64,000 nucleotides of DNA from Candidatus Enterousia avicola (GTDB lineage Bacteria > Pseudomonadota > Alphaproteobacteria > Rs-D84), in NCBI GenBank assembly GCA_018714345.1, contig DVNO01000021.1, positions 4,683 to 68,682 of the forward strand, written 5' to 3'. Shown in pieces: positions 58,045 through 64,000 of the stretch. Under the pieces are notes generated by a model. The model was given only the letters and a program-made list of their open reading frames with translations, was not told the DNA's origin and searched no databases. The translations under genes were made by a program, and so were the position numbers. Each line of letters starts with the position of its first letter. Position 1 is the first letter of the stretch.

Positions 58045-58046
58045 AC

Positions 58047-58580
58047 TTAAACCCTTTCAACCTGCGTAAAGTCTAGCTCTACACTGGTTTCACGACCAAA
58101 TACCAATATTGTCGCCGTCATCTTCTGCTTTACATTATCAACTTCTGCAACAACACCATTAAAGCCCGTAAATGGCCCGTCTATTACATGAACTTCTTGA
58201 CCAACTTCGTAAGTAACATCTTCTGTAACAACACTGCCTTCTTCAACCTGCTTTAACAAGCGACGCGCCTCTTCCTCGCTTACTGCAATAGGCTTATTTT
58301 TTGCACCCAAAAACATAACTACCTGAGGCATCAATTTCACTAACGAAAACGTTTCGTTATTCATAATCATTTGGACAACAATATAGCCAGGGAAAAATTT
58401 CTTCTCTGTTTTTACACGTTTTCCAGCTTTTATCTCGGTAATTTCACGCGTAGGTACCAAGATTTCACCAAAGTACGCATTCAAACGACGTTTATCTATC
58501 TGCTCACGCAAACCACGCGCAACTTTGTCTTCGCACCCGGTATGAACGTTCACAACGAACCACTGCATTTTGTCTTCCAT
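58047..58580 (-). CDS. nusG: transcription termination/antitermination factor NusG
   Basis: The start is set at MEDKMQWFVVNVHTG (RBS aaggaag). NGN domain plus C-terminal KOW (GQEVHVIDGPFTGFNGVV). Confidence 0.9.
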   Translation of the reverse strand: MEDKMQWFVVNVHTGCEDKVARGLREQIDKRRLNAYFGEILVPTREITEIKAGKRVKTEKKFFPGYIVVQMIMNNETFSLVKLMPQVVMFLGAKNKPIAVSEEEARRLLKQVEEGSVVTEDVTYEVGQEVHVIDGPFTGFNGVVAEVDNVKQKMTATILVFGRETSVELDFTQVERV

Positions 58581-58599
58581 AATAACTTCCTTTGCCCGT

Positions 58600-58779
58600 T
58601 TAGAAAATCCAACCAACCAGCGCGTTCAAAACACTATCAATAACAAAAAAGAACAACGCCGCCAAACCAGAAAATACCAATATCATTATAGTCGCACGAA
58701 TAACACTATCACGTGACGGCCACACTATCTTAAACCACTCGCTACGAACAGATTTGATATATTCTAGTACTTTTTTCAT
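58600..58779 (-). CDS. secE: preprotein translocase subunit SecE
   Basis: My own translation: MKKVLEYIKSVRSEWFKIVWPSRDSVIRATIMILVFSGLAALFFFVIDSVLNALVGWIF (59 aa, single TM, VxxExxKVxWP-like motif). It lies between tRNA-Trp and nusG. Confidence 0.8.
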   Translation of the reverse strand: MKKVLEYIKSVRSEWFKIVWPSRDSVIRATIMILVFSGLAALFFFVIDSVLNALVGWIF

Positions 58780-58842
58780 AAAAAAATTACCTATATTTCA
58801 ACTAAAACCTTAAAAAGCAACCGTCGTCACTTCTAAGATTTC

Positions 58843-58916
58843 TGGCAGGGGCAGAAGGAATCGAACCCTCATCCGCGGTTTTGGAGACCGATATTCTACC
58901 GTTGAACTATGCCCCT
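58843..58916 (-). tRNA. tRNA-Trp(CCA)
   Basis: The reverse complement is aggggcatagttcaacggtagaatatcggtctCCAaaaccgcggatgagggttcgattccttctgcccctgcca. It occupies the canonical position upstream of secE. Confidence 0.9.
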
Positions 58917-59143
58917 ATTTAACTGTAAACTACCCGTCTTGCATACCACTTGACCCCGCAGTCTGGGTAAAGATAGCACACATAAACAGAAAATCAAGCG
59001 GAAATTATTATACTTTTTTTAAAAACTGTCTGCAAGCAAAAACTGTAAAAACATTTTATTAAATTATGTTTTTAGTGCACTTTTTACTTGCGTACAACTA
59101 TAATTTTTTTCTACAATCTCTACAATTAAGGGAGAGATTTTAG

Positions 59144-59821
59144 TTGTCAAACCGTTTAGAACCGCCAATTTTACTATCAAGACTACTTGCTTTCGTATTT
59201 GCCGCAATGCTGGTTGTGTTGGGCGTACTTGGGGTAACTTTGTACAATATGTACCCGTTGGATAGACCACAAATATTCTTCCTGATGTCGGAACCTAAAA
59301 ACGATTTACAGATACGCTTATACAAAATGGTTCCAAATGACGAAAATATGAATATATACAAGCGCTCGTTCATTCGGGAATATATTCGCGCAAGGAATGA
59401 AGTTGTTCCAGATGCAAAAGAAATGCGCACAAAATGGAATAACGAGGTAGATGGTGTCGTCTATACATGGTCAACCCCAGAAGTTTATAACGCTTTTACC
59501 CAGACAAACATGTGGAAGGCATGGATGAGTGGGGTGCCAGATTTTGAATTTTCTTGTTCTGTTGAATTTGACAATGGCGCCGTTGAACCGTTAAATGAAG
59601 AAAATGATGAATATGCGATAAAATTTAGGTATTTTTGTGCAGATAGTAATAGACAGATGGACAAAAAAGAGTATAAAATAAAGATAAAGTTAGATATGGG
59701 CGAAGGGACAGAAATGAAATGGTCCGATCGCTTTAATAACCCGTTGGGTATTCGCGTTTCAGAATATACAGTAGAATCTGGAAATGGGGACCCGCTTAAT
59801 ACTGGTTATCTGGAAGATTAA
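59144..59821 (+). CDS. virB8: type IV secretion protein VirB8-like
   Basis: 225 aa with a TTG start (RBS aagggagag), an N-terminal TM (LLAFVFAAMLVVLGVLGV), a periplasmic domain and a C-terminal NNPLGIRVSEYTV resembling the VirB8 NPxG signature. Confidence 0.7.
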   Translation: MSNRLEPPILLSRLLAFVFAAMLVVLGVLGVTLYNMYPLDRPQIFFLMSEPKNDLQIRLYKMVPNDENMNIYKRSFIREYIRARNEVVPDAKEMRTKWNNEVDGVVYTWSTPEVYNAFTQTNMWKAWMSGVPDFEFSCSVEFDNGAVEPLNEENDEYAIKFRYFCADSNRQMDKKEYKIKIKLDMGEGTEMKWSDRFNNPLGIRVSEYTVESGNGDPLNTGYLED

Positions 59822-59833
59822 TAAAAGTATAAA

Positions 59834-61381
59834 ATGGAAGGAATAGGTATGACACTAGCAAAGGCATTCAAGTTAAACGTATCCATTATATGTCTGACAA
59901 TGCTGTGTGGCGGCACATTGCATGCTGCGGGGGTAAATTACGGTATACAATCAGCGTGGGATAATCCAAATGCAAACATGGCTGCAGGCAGTACTAAACC
60001 AGGATATGCACAACTTTCTTGGTCAAAGGGCAGTGTTCTTCCTGTAAAATTACGTAACGGGATGACAACATTGATAACCTTGCCAACGGGTGAAAAAATT
60101 GCCGATGCAGTTATAGGAAACGATGGGCTGTTTTCAATAGACGCTACAATTGGCGGCAGCACCATGTATATAACCCCGGTAACAAGCAATCAGGGTTCCG
60201 ACACAAATTTAATTGTTACGGGTGAGTCTGGGAATAAATATTTATTTTATCTTCGTAGTGAACCATCTAATTCTAGTGAGATAACTTATTCACAGGTTGA
60301 TGTATCGTTGGAAGATGGGTCATCTATTGCTAATTCAGGTACAGCAACTAATGCAACTGGTGGCTCTTCATCAATATTTAAAAAAGTTTCCAATGCTACA
60401 AATACAGTTGGTGTAGACGGTGAAGACTATGGTTGGATAAAGTCTATGAAAATAGACCCGTCAGAATTTAGATTCGACTTAGATATATACGTACCTAATC
60501 CAGACGATTATGTAATAGCACCTGAACGCGTATGGCGCGACCAGATATTTACTTATATCGATTTCGGCGACAAGGTTATTTCCATGACGCAGCGTCCGGT
60601 CGTATCACTATTGATTGAAGGTGGTGAATCACCTGTCAGCTTCCGGACAGACGGTGAAGACGGTCGTTTGTTAATTGTAGAAGCAGTCGGGGATATGGTT
60701 TTACGTAGTGGTCAGCGTATTGTTTGTATAAAGAAGCGTGAAAAGCCGTTCTTGATTGCCGATACAGCTTCCGTAATGGCGTTGGCAGAAGCAAATGTTG
60801 CGCAAAGTATAATGTCGGGTCAATCGCTTAATAATATCGCTTACACAGCAGATGTTAATGCGATAAATGCATCAGCGAATGGCTATACTACAACACCTAT
60901 GCTGGTTGGGAACTTACCAACTGGTACGACAAGTGGTTATTATGCACCCGCTGGTTACGCATTACCAACTGCGACATATGGTACTTCAAGCAACACAACC
61001 CTGTCGATGATACCGACAGAACGTTTGACTGCGGGGTCTTTCTTGCCACAATCGAATATTCCATTGATAACAAGTAATCAGACGGGCGTGGCGATAGAGT
61101 TAAAATCAGATACTTCAGTAAAAGCACTTGATGAGTATTGGGCTAATTTATTAGCAAAGTTTAGCGGCGATAATGGACAAGGCTTGTTGACCCCTTATAA
61201 AGACATGGTTTTCTTTGCGGTTGACGAACAAGGGGTCGGGGATTTAGGCTCAGAATCATCAACAGGGCGCCTGTATCGTCTGCGTATAGGACCGCTGTCA
61301 GATGTAAATACAGCGCAAGAGTTATGCAATAAGTTAACTGACTTTAGTGGTACAACGTGTAGTGTTGTTAGAGTTCAGTAG
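59834..61381 (+). CDS. virB9: VirB9/TrbG/CagX-like T4SS protein with SPOR-like C-terminal domain
   Basis: Signal peptide. VirB9 N-domain pattern (VKLRNGMTTLITLPTGEKIADAVIGND...YITPV...TNLIVTGESGNKYLFYL). VirB9 C-domain pattern (VWRDQIFTYIDFGD..RPVVSLLIEGGESPVSFRTDG..LLIVEAVGDMVLRSGQRIVCIKK). The last about 90 aa resemble SPOR (LYRLRIGPLSDVNTAQELCNKL..CSVVRV). Alternative start at 59849. Confidence 0.7.
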   Translation: MEGIGMTLAKAFKLNVSIICLTMLCGGTLHAAGVNYGIQSAWDNPNANMAAGSTKPGYAQLSWSKGSVLPVKLRNGMTTLITLPTGEKIADAVIGNDGLFSIDATIGGSTMYITPVTSNQGSDTNLIVTGESGNKYLFYLRSEPSNSSEITYSQVDVSLEDGSSIANSGTATNATGGSSSIFKKVSNATNTVGVDGEDYGWIKSMKIDPSEFRFDLDIYVPNPDDYVIAPERVWRDQIFTYIDFGDKVISMTQRPVVSLLIEGGESPVSFRTDGEDGRLLIVEAVGDMVLRSGQRIVCIKKREKPFLIADTASVMALAEANVAQSIMSGQSLNNIAYTADVNAINASANGYTTTPMLVGNLPTGTTSGYYAPAGYALPTATYGTSSNTTLSMIPTERLTAGSFLPQSNIPLITSNQTGVAIELKSDTSVKALDEYWANLLAKFSGDNGQGLLTPYKDMVFFAVDEQGVGDLGSESSTGRLYRLRIGPLSDVNTAQELCNKLTDFSGTTCSVVRVQ

Positions 61382-61412
61382 TCTTACTTAATGCTTATAA
61401 GTGCGAGATAAT

Positions 61413-63848
61413 ATGAATAAGTTTAAACAGCAAATTTCTGACCTTAGAAAAAACACGCCGAAGCACGTGCAGTGGTTGCTTTTGGCGGCGGCTTTTGTTG
61501 TAGTATTAATACTGCTGACGTTATTGCTTACCAAAAAAGAAGAAGAAAAAATAGAAAACTCAGATGATGTTGCGATAACGTTAAATGTCTCGCCAGATAC
61601 AATTGAAATGACCAATGTAATTATTGGGGAATCTCAGACTGACACACTTACTGTATCCGCAAGTGCACCCGTCAAAATTATGGACGTAAGACTATCTGAG
61701 GATGCAAAAGGTTTGACACAAACAAATACATGCACGAACAGGGGTAAAGTAGATCAAACTACATCTTGTTCAATAGATTTAACCTATAAACCTGTGGAAT
61801 ACGAAGATGCACATGCTGCTGCGGTGTATATAGATTGGAAAGATGTTAACAGCCCAGACATAATGAAGAATACTGATAAAGTAGTTGTTGTGTTGGGCGC
61901 AAAAAAAATTGAATTACCCGAGCCAGAGCCAGTTGTAGAACCTGAACCTGTGGTGGTGCCAGAACCAACTTATAAAGAAGAAATAAAGGAAGATTTGGAG
62001 GTAATAGCACCATCAACTTCTTTTGTACCGGACCCAGCCCCCGTAAGCATACCCGAAGTTGAAGAAGAACCAACCGGCTATGTAAGACCGCCCGAGGCCT
62101 GTTCAGATTTTGCTATGCCGGGATATAATTTATCTGGTGTACAAAGTGGTTGGATTCGTCCACTTGGTGGAACATATTATTACTATCCATTTTCTGATAA
62201 AAACTGTGAAAATCCAACAGGTGTTTATAACCCTGATAACGGTATCATAACGGATATAAATAATAATGCACAAAAAATAGGTACTGATGCAGAGCATATT
62301 GGTTATACCACAATACAGAATGGCACTTTGCCACAGTTATCTAATCCAGCAACGACGGAAACAGTTAACAAAGCAACGGAATTGACAACAGAAGAATTGA
62401 TGGCCATGACGCCTTTGGATAGTGAAACTAAACAGCCGGGAATACAATGGGGAACAGCACCAGCGCCAGAAATACTTGTTGGGACAAGTGGTACAGCAGT
62501 ATTTTCATCTGACCCGTATGATAGAAAATTTGTGCTTCGTCAATACAAACCAATTCCTGCAACAATAGTGTCAGAAGTTCGCGCAGATCCATCACTGTAT
62601 GGTTGTGACGCAGCTGGTAATTGTACTTCGCAAACATTACCTGTTCGTGCAACCGTGGATAGAAATGTTTATGCGGATGATGGCAGAACGATTGTTATAC
62701 CAACGGGGACATTAATGCTTGGCTATGTAACGGGTGAATTGCCGGGACCTTATAAATCTATTGGACGTATGGATATTAAATGGTATCAGTTCATATTGCC
62801 AAGTGGTGTTGAGTTCAACTTCGACAATAATAATGCACCGTTTTCTGGCGATTCACAGGGCCGCCAAGGTGTTCCAGGGCACGGCAGTACGGATTATGTA
62901 GAACAGCTGGTTATGCCAATGTTAACTGCAATTGTGCCAGCAGCGGTAAATATGATTGCGCCTATTTCTGATGCTTTCATAAATCAAATTGATTTGGATA
63001 ACAATACAGTTGTGCAATCTGGTACAATTCGTTCATCTGAACTTGCAAAGAATGAAATTATTACGGCTTGGAATCAGGTTGCGCAGAAGTTAATTGTAGA
63101 TGCAATGGATAATACAATTCCGCCATTTTCAATCGCTGCAGGAACACGTATAACAGTTTATTCTCCATCTGATTTAGTTATAACGTGTGGTAATGATGAT
63201 AGTAAAGAATGCTCAGTTAATAAAGTAAGTGCAGCTTCGGGAAAAGAAAACAGAAACATGCGAAATGATGCATGGCGTCAAAATATCCCAAAAGTCAACT
63301 ACGGAGATTCCTCTTGGGTTGGCCAGGTGCGCTCTTTCAATCTCGAAAAATATTGTGCAACAGATTCTGATGGTTTGTGGGATATAAATCCAAAGACTAC
63401 AGCGGGCGAAATTGCACAATCTGGTTATGATTACAGAACTGTTTTAGCATATTGCCAATCACTGAATTATCAGGCAATCAACAATGCTAGACAGGATGCT
63501 TATTATCAGAATCAGCAGAATACATTTTCCAATACTTATGGAAGTGCCACTTCGTCTGGTTCGAGTAATACAATTACAGGACTAACTGGCATTACTGGTA
63601 GTAAAGAGTACAATGAAAATGTTTTGGGATTGACTTATGGTGAAGATGGTACGACTATCCAAAATCCTTTCGTTGATAACTCTTCTGAAACTGCGACAGA
63701 AACAACAGAAGGCGTTATCACTTGCGAAGGCGGTGTATTACCAGACGAATATGGCTGCTGTCCTGGCGAAATTTATACCGACATGGGCGAGCAAGGCTTT
63801 AATTGCTGTCCAGAAACTGGTGGTGATTGTTTCCCGCCTATACTATAA
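61413..63848 (+). CDS. virB10: VirB10/TrbI-like T4SS protein with N- and C-terminal extensions
   Basis: N-terminal TM, then a Pro-rich spacer (LPEPEPVVEPEPVVVPEP). TrbI-core pattern (PVRATVDRNVYADDGRTIVIPTGTLMLGYVTG...GRMDIKWYQFILPSGVEF...DSQGRQGVPGH). About 230 further aa end in a Cys-rich tail. The ORF-track start is a GTG at 61401. Confidence 0.7.
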   Translation: MNKFKQQISDLRKNTPKHVQWLLLAAAFVVVLILLTLLLTKKEEEKIENSDDVAITLNVSPDTIEMTNVIIGESQTDTLTVSASAPVKIMDVRLSEDAKGLTQTNTCTNRGKVDQTTSCSIDLTYKPVEYEDAHAAAVYIDWKDVNSPDIMKNTDKVVVVLGAKKIELPEPEPVVEPEPVVVPEPTYKEEIKEDLEVIAPSTSFVPDPAPVSIPEVEEEPTGYVRPPEACSDFAMPGYNLSGVQSGWIRPLGGTYYYYPFSDKNCENPTGVYNPDNGIITDINNNAQKIGTDAEHIGYTTIQNGTLPQLSNPATTETVNKATELTTEELMAMTPLDSETKQPGIQWGTAPAPEILVGTSGTAVFSSDPYDRKFVLRQYKPIPATIVSEVRADPSLYGCDAAGNCTSQTLPVRATVDRNVYADDGRTIVIPTGTLMLGYVTGELPGPYKSIGRMDIKWYQFILPSGVEFNFDNNNAPFSGDSQGRQGVPGHGSTDYVEQLVMPMLTAIVPAAVNMIAPISDAFINQIDLDNNTVVQSGTIRSSELAKNEIITAWNQVAQKLIVDAMDNTIPPFSIAAGTRITVYSPSDLVITCGNDDSKECSVNKVSAASGKENRNMRNDAWRQNIPKVNYGDSSWVGQVRSFNLEKYCATDSDGLWDINPKTTAGEIAQSGYDYRTVLAYCQSLNYQAINNARQDAYYQNQQNTFSNTYGSATSSGSSNTITGLTGITGSKEYNENVLGLTYGEDGTTIQNPFVDNSSETATETTEGVITCEGGVLPDEYGCCPGEIYTDMGEQGFNCCPETGGDCFPPIL

Positions 63849-63880
63849 AAATCCCCCGCTAAATCAGCGGGGTATTTTTT
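63849..63880 (+). terminator. rho-independent terminator after virB10
   Basis: Hairpin ccccgct-aaatc-agcgggg followed by tatttttt. Confidence 0.65.
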
Positions 63881-64000
63881 AACAATTGAAAGTAATAAAA
63901 GGAGTACTATATATGAACCCGTAAAGTAATGTCTATCATATTTCACAAATGCGCCATAATGGCGCATTTTTATTTGTACGAATTTATTAAAAATTAATTT

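Noticed and set aside
1-64000. CRISPR arrays, rRNA genes, IS elements/transposases, toxin-antitoxin pairs, retron-type reverse transcriptases
   Set aside because: I found no regularly spaced direct repeats, no transposase, reverse transcriptase or Cas-like ORFs, and no rRNA-like sequence. The only mobile-element signature is the tyrosine-integrase island.

Overview
This is a 64-kb AT-rich bacterial chromosomal segment. Most of it is housekeeping DNA: rfbB (partial), lgt, glyQS, a U32 peptidase, sodB, ldh, proS, olsB-olsA, a lytic transglycosylase, hemW, an M13 peptidase, tRNA-Arg(CCU), fabH-ihfA, guaC, a PLD-family lipoprotein, mraZ and plsX-rpmF. The conserved tRNA-Trp-secE-nusG-rplKAJL-rpoBC block lies at 47.0-58.9 kb on the minus strand, followed by a virB8-virB9-virB10 type IV secretion sub-cluster at 59.1-63.8 kb. 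The synteny (plsX / fabH-ihfA, olsBA, virB8-10) and the many signal-peptide and beta-barrel genes suggest an alphaproteobacterium, possibly host-associated. That is inference only, because no search could be run. The clearly accessory part is a 10.75-kb integrative island (10779-21530). It is bounded by a 10-bp direct repeat (tttgtaatca) and splits a chromosomal tRNA-Thr(UGU) gene in its anticodon loop. The 5' half is at 10738-10778 and the 3' half at 21531-21575. The island does not rebuild the gene; it carries its own complete, diverged tRNA-Thr(UGU) with promoter and terminator. All of its protein genes are on the minus strand: tyrosine integrase, an unknown 283-aa ORF, an Xis/AlpA-like HTH, a DUF3631-like P-loop protein, and a tightly coupled three-gene operon mod - unknown 205-aa membrane ORF - res. 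That operon is a Type III restriction-modification system with an extra embedded gene, and it is my best candidate for an undescribed defence variant. Other points worth a look: a VirB9 with a SPOR-like C-terminal domain; a VirB10 with long Cys-rich extensions; an orphan mraZ with phased repeat boxes; an inferred about 8-kb inversion splitting rpmF-plsX from fabH-ihfA; a 59-aa ORF wedged between nusG and rplK; a tRNA-Arg 3'-end repeat; and poly-G tracts in the island. I saw no CRISPR array, rRNA or transposase.
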